Below are positions 25,504 to 35,570 of a stretch of 64,000 nucleotides of DNA, piece by piece. Made by a program: the position numbers and the translations under genes. Origin of the DNA: Bacilli bacterium. Lineage in GTDB: Bacteria; Bacillota_I; Bacilli_A; RFN20; CAG-826. Below the pieces are notes generated by a model, which had not been told where the DNA came from, did no database searches, and worked only from the letters and a program-made list of their open reading frames with translations. Within the stretch, counting starts at the first letter, position 1. Each line of letters begins with the position of its first letter. The DNA is taken from positions 11,655-75,654 of the forward strand of contig JAFUHI010000001.1 in assembly GCA_017468925.1 (NCBI GenBank). Direction: 5' to 3'.

Positions 25504-27218
25504 AAAAACAAAACACAGCGCTTAATGAATTAAGAAAATATTCCTTTAAAGTCATCTTGGCGCCCTTATTAAAACTGATAGAGGTGGCGACCGAGCTTTT
25601 CATGCCTTTTTTAATCAGGTACATACTTGATGAAGGCATAAATGGATCAAACATAGATCTAACTCTTATATATGGCGGAATAATGATCGCCATAGCTTTT
25701 GTCGGCTTTGGAATTACTATGATTGCTCAATATCTCGCCGCAAGGGTTAGCAGTGATTTCGGGCGTGATTTGCGAGCGAAATTGTTTGAAAAAGCCACTT
25801 CACTAAGCGAAGAACAGTTAAATAAAATTGGCAAGGGAAAGATACTCAATCTCATAAGCAACGACTCGATGTATTTGCAGACAGGCGTGATGATGTTTAT
25901 GAGACTAATATTCCGTCCTCCTTTTCTGCTTTTGGGCGCAAGCGTTTTCTCTTTCATAATTGATTGGAGAGCGGGAATCATATTCGTTTCAACCATCATC
26001 TTATCAGCGGTCGTATTGCTCTTTGTGATGTTCAAATCTCCTAAGTTCTATTCCAAAATCCAAAATGAGATGGATAACATAGTCACCATCTCTAGCGACT
26101 CGATAAATGGGATTAAACCTATCAAAGCGTTTGGGAAAGAAGAAGAGCAGATTGATAAATTCAAAGATGTTTCGAAGCAATACAAAAACAAATCAGTTTC
26201 GGTTATTACTTTGAATTCATTCATCAACCCTCTAACATTCTGCTTTGTTAACTTAGCGATGGTGCTTGTTGTCTATATCGGCCAAATCTCCTTAAGCGAC
26301 CCTGACTTCTCAATAGGAAAACTCGTGTCTCTTATTTCTTATTTGGTCACATCTTTAGCGGCTTTGGTCATGTTTTCAAGAATGATTGTTAGCGTCAATA
26401 AGGCTCTTGCGAGCCGCAAAAGGATTGATGAATTTCTCGCCTATGAGTCGTCTATAGAAAACAATCCAAAAGACACAAAGATAGCAGCGCCATTCATCAA
26501 ATTTGATAATGTCTCTTTCTCCTATTCGAAAAGCGCGGAAAAGAAAACCGTCGAATCGATTTCTTTCGAAGTCGAAAAAGGACAAACTCTAGGGATAATA
26601 GGAGGGACGGGAAGTGGCAAATCCACCATCGTTTCTTTGCTATCAAGAATATATGATGTCGACCAAGGAGACATCCTAATAGACGGGAAAAACATCAAAG
26701 ACTACGATATTAGAGAATTGAGGAAAATGATCTCAATTTCCCCGCAGAAACCATCTTTATTCAAAGGAAGCGTCAAAGAAAATATCATTCTTTCCAAAGA
26801 GGCGGATGAAGAGAAATTGAACAAGGCAATCATTGATTCTCTTTCAAAAGAATTCATAGATAAGTTCGACGAAGGCATAGATCATCTTATAGAAGAAGGT
26901 GGAAGCAATCTTTCCGGTGGCCAAAGGCAAAGAATCCTCATCGCTAGAGCCTTATATCATAAAAGCCAAATACTTATCCTTGATGATTCGACCAGCGCCT
27001 TAGATTACATAAGCGATAAAAAGGTAAGAGATGCTATTTCCTCCTATAAAGATTTGACCAAGATCATCATTTCCCAAAGAGTTACATCATTGAAGGATTG
27101 CGACATGATTTTGGTAATCGATGAAGGGAAGATTGTTGGAAGAGGCAAGCACGATGAATTGATGCGTTCCTCCTCTATCTATAAAGAGATATATGACATG
27201 CAGGTGGCCACAAGATGA
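25500..27218 (+). CDS. ABC exporter half-transporter (TMD-NBD), subunit with degenerate catalytic site
   Basis: Walker A GGTGSGKST and signature LSGGQRQR. Walker B is ILILDDSTS (Asp in place of the catalytic Glu) and the H-loop is ISQRV (Gln in place of His). Confidence 0.9.
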   Translation: MKKQNTALNELRKYSFKVILAPLLKLIEVATELFMPFLIRYILDEGINGSNIDLTLIYGGIMIAIAFVGFGITMIAQYLAARVSSDFGRDLRAKLFEKATSLSEEQLNKIGKGKILNLISNDSMYLQTGVMMFMRLIFRPPFLLLGASVFSFIIDWRAGIIFVSTIILSAVVLLFVMFKSPKFYSKIQNEMDNIVTISSDSINGIKPIKAFGKEEEQIDKFKDVSKQYKNKSVSVITLNSFINPLTFCFVNLAMVLVVYIGQISLSDPDFSIGKLVSLISYLVTSLAALVMFSRMIVSVNKALASRKRIDEFLAYESSIENNPKDTKIAAPFIKFDNVSFSYSKSAEKKTVESISFEVEKGQTLGIIGGTGSGKSTIVSLLSRIYDVDQGDILIDGKNIKDYDIRELRKMISISPQKPSLFKGSVKENIILSKEADEEKLNKAIIDSLSKEFIDKFDEGIDHLIEEGGSNLSGGQRQRILIARALYHKSQILILDDSTSALDYISDKKVRDAISSYKDLTKIIISQRVTSLKDCDMILVIDEGKIVGRGKHDELMRSSSIYKEIYDMQVATR

Positions 27219-28939
27219 AGAAATTAAGAATCATTAGACCATACCTCAAGGGATCTATCTCACTTATAATTCTTTCTTTGGTGTGCGCTTTTATCGCCAT
27301 AGGCTCCAAATTGGCCATCCCTCTTTTGGCGGGAAAAGTAATCAATCAATTTGTTTCATCTGAAGAAGTGATTGACGTAGAAGTCGCAATGATTTTGATG
27401 TTCTCGCTCGTCGCCATCGGAACGATATTTAGATATCTCTTTGATTATCTAACCGGATATATTGGGGCGAAGACAGTCAAGAAGATAAGAGATGATGTAT
27501 TTTCCTCTTATATGCATGGCTTGGTCAAAGACATCAAATCAGAAGAGAATGGCGACCTTGTCCTAAGGCTAGTCAATGATGTCGAGAATGTGCAAACAGG
27601 GCTGGTATCTGGTTTCGCCGCCTTCTACGATGGCATCGTGACGATATTAATGACCATCGTCTTCATGTTTGTTTTGAATTGGGTATTAGCCTTAATCGTC
27701 ATCATCCTTACCCCAATCTCCATCGTTGTATCTAGATTCATCTCCAAATTCAATTCCAAGCACTTTAAATCCCAGGCAAAAGATGCAGGGACAATTAATG
27801 GTTTTGTTAACGAAACTCTTGTTAACAGCGAGACCATAACCATATATGACTTAAAAGAGAGCAAGAACAAGGAGTTCAATGAACTAAACGAAAAGTATCA
27901 CGCAGATAATTTCAAGGCCAATATGGGCGCTTCAATCATCAACCCTTCCACAAGGTTGGTGAATGCGTTTATAAATGCGATTGTCATCATTGTAGGCGCA
28001 TTAATTATCATCCAGGATTGGAAGCTAGGGATTGTCTTTTTGGTGGGGGATTTGTCGTCGTTTTTGACATATTCCGCGAATTTCATGCAGCCATTTAACG
28101 AAATAAGCGATGTGCTCGCGGAGATTAATTATGCCTTCGCATCATTGTCTAGAATCTCCGAAGCTATAAACATCGAAAAAGAAGATGTAGATAGTGGCAA
28201 CCTCGTTCCAGAAACAATAGATACGATTAAAGCAAATAACATCTCTTTCTCTTATGTCCCAGGAAAGAAGATAATCAGCAATTATTCCTTTGTTGCCTCT
28301 AGAGGTAAGAAGATTGCTCTAGTAGGTCCAACTGGATGTGGCAAGACAACCGTGCTATCAATCCTTATGCGCTTCTATGAATTGGATGACGGAAAAATAG
28401 AAATAAACAATGAAGATTTAGCGACCATCTCAAAGAAAGATTATCGAGAGATAATAGGCATGGTTTTGCAAGAGCCGTGGATTTTCTCAGGGACAGTCTA
28501 TGAGAACATCGCCTATGCGAAAAAAGATGCGAGCAAAGAAGAAGTCATTGAAGCGGCAAAAAAAGCCCAAGCTTATGGCTTTATCCAAAGGCTCCCTCAG
28601 GGAATCGACACATATATAAGCGATTCATCTGGCCTTTCCTTAGGCGAAAAACAATTGATCTCGGTTACCCGCATAATCCTATTAAGCCCAGAGATAGTCA
28701 TCCTTGATGAAGCTACATCAAACATTGATATCAGAACCGAATTCTTGCTCGCTAAAAGCTTTGACGAACTAATGAAAGGCAAAACATCATTTGTTGTGGC
28801 CCATCGTTTATCCACAATCGTAAATAGCGATTTGATCCTGGTCATGAAAGATGGCGAGATTGTGGAGTCAGGAACCCATAAAGAACTCCTAGAGAAGAAA
28901 GGCTTCTATCATAAGATGTATTCCTCGCAATTCAACTAA
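27215..28939 (+). CDS. ABC exporter half-transporter (TMD-NBD), consensus-site subunit
   Basis: Walker A GPTGCGKTT, Walker B IVILDEATS and H-loop VAHRL. The signature is degenerate (LSLGEKQ). Overlaps the upstream gene by 4 nt. Confidence 0.9.
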   Translation: MKKLRIIRPYLKGSISLIILSLVCAFIAIGSKLAIPLLAGKVINQFVSSEEVIDVEVAMILMFSLVAIGTIFRYLFDYLTGYIGAKTVKKIRDDVFSSYMHGLVKDIKSEENGDLVLRLVNDVENVQTGLVSGFAAFYDGIVTILMTIVFMFVLNWVLALIVIILTPISIVVSRFISKFNSKHFKSQAKDAGTINGFVNETLVNSETITIYDLKESKNKEFNELNEKYHADNFKANMGASIINPSTRLVNAFINAIVIIVGALIIIQDWKLGIVFLVGDLSSFLTYSANFMQPFNEISDVLAEINYAFASLSRISEAINIEKEDVDSGNLVPETIDTIKANNISFSYVPGKKIISNYSFVASRGKKIALVGPTGCGKTTVLSILMRFYELDDGKIEINNEDLATISKKDYREIIGMVLQEPWIFSGTVYENIAYAKKDASKEEVIEAAKKAQAYGFIQRLPQGIDTYISDSSGLSLGEKQLISVTRIILLSPEIVILDEATSNIDIRTEFLLAKSFDELMKGKTSFVVAHRLSTIVNSDLILVMKDGEIVESGTHKELLEKKGFYHKMYSSQFN

Positions 28940-28941
28940 AT

Positions 28942-29406
28942 ATGAAAGAACGTTCAAAAGAAACCATCTCTTACACGATGTCTAGAATCAAAGGGAAAAA
29001 CACAGGCATCGAAATAAAGTTAAGGAAAGCGTTATACGAGAAAGGTTTTCGTTATAGAAAGAACACTAAATATGTTTTTGGACATCCTGATATCTCTTCT
29101 CAAACATATAAAATCGCGATTTTCTGCGACTCGGAATTCTGGCATGGATATAACTTCGACGAAGCGAAAAAGAAAATTCATTCCAACCTGGATTATTGGA
29201 TCCCAAAAATTGAAAGGAATATCGCTAGAGATAAAGAAGTTAATGAGAGGCTAGAAAAAGAAGGCTACACCGTAATAAGATTCTGGGGCGGAGAAATCGA
29301 TAAAGAACTTGATAAATGCGTCGAAATAATCCTGAAAGCTTTAAAGAAGAAGGGGTGGCAACCTTCTCCCATTCCAGAATTGATCGCTAAAAAGAAAAAT
29401 CCTTAG
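28942..29406 (+). CDS. vsr: Very short patch repair endonuclease
   Basis: SRIKGKNTGIEIKLRKALYEKGFRYRKN...HPDISSQTYKIAIFCDSEFWHG...IRFWG matches the Vsr family layout. The start lies 2 nt after the ABC gene stop. Confidence 0.85.
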   Translation: MKERSKETISYTMSRIKGKNTGIEIKLRKALYEKGFRYRKNTKYVFGHPDISSQTYKIAIFCDSEFWHGYNFDEAKKKIHSNLDYWIPKIERNIARDKEVNERLEKEGYTVIRFWGGEIDKELDKCVEIILKALKKKGWQPSPIPELIAKKKNP

Positions 29407-29427
29407 ACGAACCTAAGGACTTTTTTC
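29401..29427. terminator. Bidirectional intrinsic terminator between vsr and the convergent membrane-protein gene
   Basis: CCTTAG-ACGAAC-CTAAGG is followed by T6 on the plus strand. There is also a T-rich run on the minus side. Confidence 0.65.
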
Positions 29428-29437
29428 TTTGTTTTAG

Positions 29438-29902
29438 TTAGTCTTCTCTATTGACAAGAAGCACGCCGACAAGGCCAATTGCCGCGGCAATGAAGACCAT
29501 AACCGCATTAGAGATGAATGCTGGACCTAGTCCGCTATAGAATTCAACATCTGGGGTTTTGCCAGAGTTAGCAGCAACGAATAATTGAAGGGCAAGTAAC
29601 ATCAAAACACCGCATACGATGTCAAGTACAGCCCCGGCGCCATAAATTATTTTCGCTAGTTTTTTGCTGAGGAATATAGAGGCGAATGGCAACAAAACAC
29701 AAACCATTTCAACAAAGAATGCAATCATTAGAGGAGCCACAACATTGTAATTCCAATTATCTTCTCCGAAGATGACCAAGAATCCTGAACCGAGCTCATA
29801 GCTCTTTCCAAACGGCTCTGCCATCAAAACGAAGGCTGAGATGATGCCAAATATGGCGATTAAGATGCTAATGATAAGACGTGATTTTTTCATATTTTCC
29901 AA
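29438..29902 (-). CDS. Small integral membrane protein (about 4 TM helices), unknown function
   Basis: 154-aa strongly hydrophobic ORF. Confidence 0.6.
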   Translation of the reverse strand: MENMKKSRLIISILIAIFGIISAFVLMAEPFGKSYELGSGFLVIFGEDNWNYNVVAPLMIAFFVEMVCVLLPFASIFLSKKLAKIIYGAGAVLDIVCGVLMLLALQLFVAANSGKTPDVEFYSGLGPAFISNAVMVFIAAAIGLVGVLLVNRED

Positions 29903-29966
29903 ATCCTAACTTTTGATAACTTGTTTATCATACTCTTGCTTTATGAATTCAGCAATCTTTCAAATT

Positions 29967-31367
29967 TTATTTGAGTTTGTCCGTTTTTGCAATTTTCTTT
30001 TTTCGAATCATCAGCCAAATGATAGGAATTAGAGATATAACGATGAACATAAGAGCGAAAAGAAACATATTCGCATTCGGTGTTTTCTCAAGTGTCGGGT
30101 TAGATGGATCGATGCTAGAAACCGCGACAAATGTCGAACTGCCTACCGCGGGTCCGATTAACATTGGGATGAGGACAACGAATATCATTCTTACACCTTG
30201 GAATAAACCAACTTCATTCTTGGGTGTCTCGTTTCTGATTGAGGCACCCAACGCCGCAGTGCATACCAAATATCCTGACATCATTACGATTCCGCTTACA
30301 ATAAGTGCCCAATTCTCTCTTGAGAAATACAAGGCAAGTAGACCTGCAGCGCAGCTTGCTAGGCCAAATGGCAATAACTTAAATAAACCAATCTTATCCA
30401 TGAATAAGCCTGCAACAACGGCGATTATGGATGAGACGATTAGGATGACCCCCATAACAATCATGAAATCCATCCCGCTTCCTAATCCAGCAAAATCTCC
30501 GCCATTCCCGGCTTGAAAATAAACCATATAGTAAGGCATGAATGAATTTATCGCGCAGTTGAAACACATAAAAGATAGCAAAGATATATAAAGGTCAGGA
30601 TTCTCTTTCACGACCTTTGGCCTGAATCCATATATTAAACTGGCCCAATAATTTCCATCTTTTTTCTTTTCGCAATTATCTTTCGGAAGCAAGAAAAGAG
30701 AAATGACACCGACAATCGTTGTTAAAGCACCGCAGACCAAGAAGAAGTAGAGCCATGGCTTGGCTAAATAAGAGGCGGTCTCGGCAGCGCTCCATTCTGG
30801 ATGGCTTTCACTAGGTACCGCGCCAGCCCCGAAAAGCGTGCCCAATAGAATCATTGCTATATTTGCAATTAAAGGCAAAACTGCAAGTATTGATTCTATC
30901 TTCCCGCGATTGCTTTCATTTGTTTGGTCGGTGACAAAAGCATTGAAACAGGCATCGTTCGCGCTTGAGCCAAAGAAAGTCATGATGACGTCTGCTAGTG
31001 TCATGCCGAGCCCAACTCCTAGAATCGCATAATCGACTCCAAGAAGCTTTTCCATATTGTCGCGGCTTAATAAACCGAAAATCGCAACGCTTACGCCCCA
31101 GATGATATAGCCCCAGGATATGAACAATTTCCTTTTGCCGATTCTATCCGATAAGGCGCCGATTAAGAATGTAGTCAAAGTGGCGGCTACCGCGCTAGCG
31201 TATGTCATCCATGTGATCGCATCGATGTTCTGCGTTTGGGAATAGACCCAAAGGTTGATGTAATTGTTTTCTATCGCCCAGGCTAGTTGGCCGATGAATC
31301 CGACCATAATGATGGAAACATAAAATTTCCACCCAAGTTTAGTTTTGTTCATGCAAAAATTATACAT
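29967..31367 (-). CDS. MFS transporter
   Basis: About 12 hydrophobic segments and an MFS loop 2-3 motif, GALSDRIGKRK. The ATG at 31352 is an alternative start. Confidence 0.75.
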   Translation of the reverse strand: MYNFCMNKTKLGWKFYVSIIMVGFIGQLAWAIENNYINLWVYSQTQNIDAITWMTYASAVAATLTTFLIGALSDRIGKRKLFISWGYIIWGVSVAIFGLLSRDNMEKLLGVDYAILGVGLGMTLADVIMTFFGSSANDACFNAFVTDQTNESNRGKIESILAVLPLIANIAMILLGTLFGAGAVPSESHPEWSAAETASYLAKPWLYFFLVCGALTTIVGVISLFLLPKDNCEKKKDGNYWASLIYGFRPKVVKENPDLYISLLSFMCFNCAINSFMPYYMVYFQAGNGGDFAGLGSGMDFMIVMGVILIVSSIIAVVAGLFMDKIGLFKLLPFGLASCAAGLLALYFSRENWALIVSGIVMMSGYLVCTAALGASIRNETPKNEVGLFQGVRMIFVVLIPMLIGPAVGSSTFVAVSSIDPSNPTLEKTPNANMFLFALMFIVISLIPIIWLMIRKKKIAKTDKLK

Positions 31368-31434
31368 CTAGGTTAGATTTTTTGCTCGCTCTTTGGATAT
31401 GAGGCACAAAATGATAGAATAAACAAGTCAAATC

Positions 31435-32139
31435 ATGGAAAAACTCTTAACGACGCCTAACGGTATCGCTTCTATCGTATTCTTCGCTTTCTTTTTGCTT
31501 GCATCGATTTCGAATATCGTCTTCTCGTTTTTGAACATGCTTAAGGCCAGGGCGATAAGCAAGCCTTTTTGCATGTCATTCCTTGCGCTATCTTCCATTT
31601 TAGCGTTGCCAACGAACTGGTTGATTTATGTGGGCGCCATATGTGGACTAATAGGAGATGTTGTTTATTTGTTCAAAAGCAATAAAAAATGTGTTTTGAT
31701 TGGGGCGATGTTTTTCTTCCTGGGTCATGTGTCCTATCTTGCACAGATTCTCGTCTTGTTAGGAAGCAAAGGATTGTTGACTTCAACCACGAATTGGTAT
31801 GCACCGGTATTCGTTGTCATATCGCTGCTGGCATTCATCCCATATATGCTTTTCCTAACCGGGAAAAAGAAAATGTTTTCTATGATGGGCTCGATATATG
31901 GCACGACTATAATGCTTTATTTGGCCTTTTCTATCTATGCGTCGTTTTGTGGGCTACAACACTATTTTGCCTTGGTTGCTATAGGCGCTCTATTATTCAT
32001 TATCTCGGATTCATATCTTGTATACGGCATGTTCAATAAGAAAACGATGAAGAAGAGAAATTTCATCGTAATGCTTACTTATTTATCGGCTCAGGCCTGT
32101 ATTGTGACCGGTTTGGTTTTGACGATTTTAAATGGATAG
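31435..32139 (+). CDS. YhhN-family (lysoplasmalogenase-like) membrane protein
   Basis: 234 aa, multi-TM, with GLIGDVVYL and ISDSYLVY motifs typical of YhhN. Confidence 0.68.
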   Translation: MEKLLTTPNGIASIVFFAFFLLASISNIVFSFLNMLKARAISKPFCMSFLALSSILALPTNWLIYVGAICGLIGDVVYLFKSNKKCVLIGAMFFFLGHVSYLAQILVLLGSKGLLTSTTNWYAPVFVVISLLAFIPYMLFLTGKKKMFSMMGSIYGTTIMLYLAFSIYASFCGLQHYFALVAIGALLFIISDSYLVYGMFNKKTMKKRNFIVMLTYLSAQACIVTGLVLTILNG

Positions 32140-32718
32140 ATAGGTAGCGAGTTTCACTATCGCCTTTTTCCTATGACTCACTTCGTTTTTTTCTTCTGAG
32201 GAGCAGGTTCCGAAATCTAGATTGTTCTCATAAGAATGGAATATCGGATCATACCCGAAACCATTTGTCCCTTTAATCTCTTCTAGAATCTCGCCTGGAC
32301 AAATCCCTTCAAAATATAACGGTTTGCTATTTTCTTCCTCTAGCAAACATATGCAGCAGTGGAAGCTGGCTTTTCGATTCGTCTTATCTTTTAATTTCTC
32401 TAGCACGGCTTCCGCGGTCTTTTTGTAGTCATTGCCAAAAGACTCAGCGAATCTAGAAGAATGGATGCCAGGGAAATTATCCAAGGCTTCTATTTCAATG
32501 CCGGAATCGTCCGCGATCACAGGCCATTTGACGAGCTTTCGCAGGGATTTCGCTTTAATATAGGCGTTTTCTTTGTAGGTATTCCCAGTCTCTTCTGGAT
32601 CAACGTCGATATTCAAATCTTTCGTGGAATAAATGACATACCCTAAAGGGGCAAGCATCTTTCGATATTCTTCGACCTTATGTTTGTTGCCGGTGGCTAA
32701 AACTATCTCTTTATTCAT
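32128..32718 (-). CDS. rdgB: Non-canonical purine NTP pyrophosphatase (RdgB/HAM1)
   Basis: LATGNKHKVEE, DDSGIEIEAL, PGIHSSRF and NGFGYDPIF motifs. Confidence 0.9.
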   Translation of the reverse strand: MNKEIVLATGNKHKVEEYRKMLAPLGYVIYSTKDLNIDVDPEETGNTYKENAYIKAKSLRKLVKWPVIADDSGIEIEALDNFPGIHSSRFAESFGNDYKKTAEAVLEKLKDKTNRKASFHCCICLLEEENSKPLYFEGICPGEILEEIKGTNGFGYDPIFHSYENNLDFGTCSSEEKNEVSHRKKAIVKLATYLSI

Positions 32719-32742
32719 AGTTGGATTTTACCACAAAGGGAA

Positions 32743-35268
32743 TTATTTGATTTCGCTTAATTCGTAACCGGCATCGGTGATGGCTTGTTTTAACGCATCA
32801 TCTTTCACTTGGCCAGTGGTTTCGATGGTGGCGTTTCCTTCGTTTAGATTCACATCAACGTTGCTTACTCCTTCAAGTTTCTCTAACGCCGCTTTGACGT
32901 GGGCGACGCAGTGCATGCACATCATCCCTTCGATTTTCAATGTCTTTTTCATGTTCAAGACCTCCTTTTTGTTTATAGATAAAATATCTTCTGGCACTGG
33001 TTTAATTTTCTTTTTCGTATGTATCTTGTTTATATTGCATAGGTTAAGTCTTAATGCGTTCAATACCACAGTGACGCTGGATAAACTCATCGCCGCCGCC
33101 CCGTACCATGGCTTCAATTTGCTGATGCCCATAAATGATAATGCCCCAGCGGCAATGGGTATCATAATAAGGTTATATATAAAGGCCCAGAAGAGGTTTT
33201 CTTTGATGTTAATTAGAACTTTTCTTGATAGATTGATGGCTTTAACCGCATCCATCAAGGAGGAGTGCATCAATACCACTTCGGCGGAATCGATTGCAAC
33301 ATCCGCGCCTTTGCCGATTGCGACCCCGACATCTGCCTCGCTTAAAGCGACCGAATCATTTATCCCATCGCCTATCATCATGACTTTGCCGCTATTTTTT
33401 AATGCTTTGACGATATTGGCTTTCTCACCTGGTTTCACGTTGGATATATGGTATTCGATGCCGCATTCTTTCGCGATTTCGCTTGCGGTGCTCTCATTAT
33501 CGCCTGTGAGCATTATTGGGGTGACACCCAATTTATTGAAGGCGCTTATTGCCTCTTTTGAATCATCTTTTATTTGGTCAGAAATAAGTATTATCCCTAG
33601 CAAAACCCCATCAAACGCTACATAAACCGCGGTTTTGCCTTTTGGTGAATCGATATCTATTTTGATTTTGTTTTGCTCCAATATCGATTTATTTCCTGCA
33701 ATTATCTCTTTGTTATCAATCTTCCCTTTAAGACCGAATCCAGGGAGCGATTCAAAGGTTTCGATTTCTTGTAGAGGGATGTTTCTTCTTTTGGCTTCGT
33801 TGATGATGGCCTTGGCCAACGGATGCTCGCTTTTGCTTTCTAAAGCGTAAGCTAGTCTTAGAATTCTTTCTTTGTCTCCGATTATTGATTCGACCTCAGG
33901 TTGCCCTTTGGTTATCGTTCCCGTTTTATCCAAGACGACAAAATCCACTTTGCCCGTTTCTTCCAGAATCGAAGCGGTCTTGAATAATATCCCATTCTTC
34001 GCCCCGATGCCTGTCCCCACCATTATGGCAACTGGAGTGGCAAGTCCTAAGGCGCATGGGCAAGATATAACCAGAATGGAAATAGCCCTTTCTATTGAAT
34101 AAGAGGTTAAGGTAATCGACTCGTCCCCAATTGAAGCGACATAATCTTTCCCGAAGATCATCCAAGCGATGAATACGATTAAGGATATGCCTAACACTAT
34201 TGGGACAAAGATGCCTGCGACCTTATCGGCGATTGCCTGGGCTTTGGCTTTGCTAGAAGAAGCACTTTCGACCATCTCGATTATTTTATGGACCGTGCTT
34301 TCTTCTCTGGAGGCAAGTATTTCCACTTTGAGATATCCGTTTGTATTGATTGTGGCTTCATAGACTGAATCCCCGATTGTTTTATCGACTGGGATTGATT
34401 CGCCCGTGATTAAAGATTCATCAAGAGAAGAAGAGCCTTCTATTATCCTTCCATCGCTCGGTACCTTTTCACCTGGTTTTATGGCGACCACATCGCCTTT
34501 CTTCAGTTGGTCTGCTGAGATTACTATTTCTTCATTGTCTTTGATTAATGTCGCACTTTTCGGCGATAAATCCATCAAGGATTTCAAAGAAGAAGTGGTC
34601 TTACCTTTGGAATAGCTTTCCAATGTTTTGCCAATCGTTATCAAAGTTGGAACCATTCCTGCCGTTTCAAAAGACAGTCCCATCGCTAGACGATGAAGTT
34701 CATTCATCTCTTTTGCTGCCCCCATCATAAACATAATCGCGATTGAATAGATGAAAGCGATTGATGAGCCCAAGGCCACCAAAGAATCCATATTTGGCGA
34801 TAATTTAAACAATGATTTGAATCCTCTCGTGAAGAAAGGATAATTCACAATCATTATCGACAAAGAAAGAAGAAGTAAGGTGAGGGCGATATGCCATGGA
34901 TTATTGCCATATTCTCCCAAAGGCCATCCGTTCATAAACGCCATAGATATATAGAAAAGAGGAATTAATAGGATAACGGATATTATTAATCTTCTGATCA
35001 ATTTAGGGGTCTCTTTATCTTCCAACTTATCTTCTTTGTTTGTCTTTTCTTTTTCCTTACCCGACAAAGATGCGTCGTATCCAGCGTCCTGAACTGATTT
35101 GATTATGGAGGAGGAAGAAGTGGATTCTTCTTTTTCAACCACCATCGAATTGGTCAAAAGATTGACGCTTACATCTTTTACGCCATCGACCTTTTTCGCA
35201 GCCTTCTCCACTCTAGCAACACACGCCGCGCAAGACATTCCTCTGACATCGTATTTCTCTTTTATCAT
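32743..35268 (-). CDS. copA: Copper-translocating P1B-type ATPase with N-terminal and C-terminal HMA domains
   Basis: GMSCAACV (N-terminal HMA), TGES, SCPCALGLATP, DKTGTIT and GDGINDS motifs, plus an extra C-terminal HMA (IEGMMCMHCVAHV). Confidence 0.95.
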   Translation of the reverse strand: MIKEKYDVRGMSCAACVARVEKAAKKVDGVKDVSVNLLTNSMVVEKEESTSSSSIIKSVQDAGYDASLSGKEKEKTNKEDKLEDKETPKLIRRLIISVILLIPLFYISMAFMNGWPLGEYGNNPWHIALTLLLLSLSIMIVNYPFFTRGFKSLFKLSPNMDSLVALGSSIAFIYSIAIMFMMGAAKEMNELHRLAMGLSFETAGMVPTLITIGKTLESYSKGKTTSSLKSLMDLSPKSATLIKDNEEIVISADQLKKGDVVAIKPGEKVPSDGRIIEGSSSLDESLITGESIPVDKTIGDSVYEATINTNGYLKVEILASREESTVHKIIEMVESASSSKAKAQAIADKVAGIFVPIVLGISLIVFIAWMIFGKDYVASIGDESITLTSYSIERAISILVISCPCALGLATPVAIMVGTGIGAKNGILFKTASILEETGKVDFVVLDKTGTITKGQPEVESIIGDKERILRLAYALESKSEHPLAKAIINEAKRRNIPLQEIETFESLPGFGLKGKIDNKEIIAGNKSILEQNKIKIDIDSPKGKTAVYVAFDGVLLGIILISDQIKDDSKEAISAFNKLGVTPIMLTGDNESTASEIAKECGIEYHISNVKPGEKANIVKALKNSGKVMMIGDGINDSVALSEADVGVAIGKGADVAIDSAEVVLMHSSLMDAVKAINLSRKVLINIKENLFWAFIYNLIMIPIAAGALSFMGISKLKPWYGAAAMSLSSVTVVLNALRLNLCNINKIHTKKKIKPVPEDILSINKKEVLNMKKTLKIEGMMCMHCVAHVKAALEKLEGVSNVDVNLNEGNATIETTGQVKDDALKQAITDAGYELSEIK

Positions 35269-35567
35269 TATTTAAGCCTCTTCATCAAATCAATCGCCTC
35301 ATCGATGGATTTTTCATCTCCTTCTTTTAAATCCTTCGCTAGGCAAGTTGACATATGGTTTCTTAAAATCTCATATCCAACTGAATCCAGAGCCTTTTCT
35401 ATCGCGGATAATTGAATCAAAACATCTCCGCAGTAACGGTTTTCTTCGATCATGTTATTTATTCCATTGAGTTGGCCAATGATTCTAGAGATTCTATTTT
35501 GTATTGATTTGGCCTTCTTTTCATCCTTTGGCCCTTCTCTATAGCGGCAGCATTCACAAGTCTCCAT
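35268..35567 (-). CDS. csoR: CsoR-family copper-sensing repressor
   Basis: RISRIIGQLNGINNMIEENRYCGDVLIQLSAIEKAL...RNHMSTC gives the C-H-C ligand pattern. Its TAA overlaps the copA ATG (TAATG). Confidence 0.87.
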   Translation of the reverse strand: METCECCRYREGPKDEKKAKSIQNRISRIIGQLNGINNMIEENRYCGDVLIQLSAIEKALDSVGYEILRNHMSTCLAKDLKEGDEKSIDEAIDLMKRLK

Positions 35568-35570
35568 AAA

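Noticed and set aside
29971-30516. A 181-aa ORF antisense to the MFS transporter. Similar antisense ORFs occur at 50648-51157 (atpG/atpD), 47518-47937 (atpF), 43401-43763 and 5554-5898.
   Set aside because: All lie inside well-supported genes on the other strand and are low-complexity mirror images. For example, the Ser/Leu-rich product is opposite the Lys/Glu-rich AtpF coiled coil. There is no independent support.
32777-33625. A 282-aa ORF on the plus strand, plus further plus-strand ORFs at 33635-34730, all antisense to copA.
   Set aside because: The opposite strand encodes a full-length P-type ATPase with all canonical motifs. The antisense ORFs have no RBS or recognisable motifs. They are what is expected from codon bias in a long gene.
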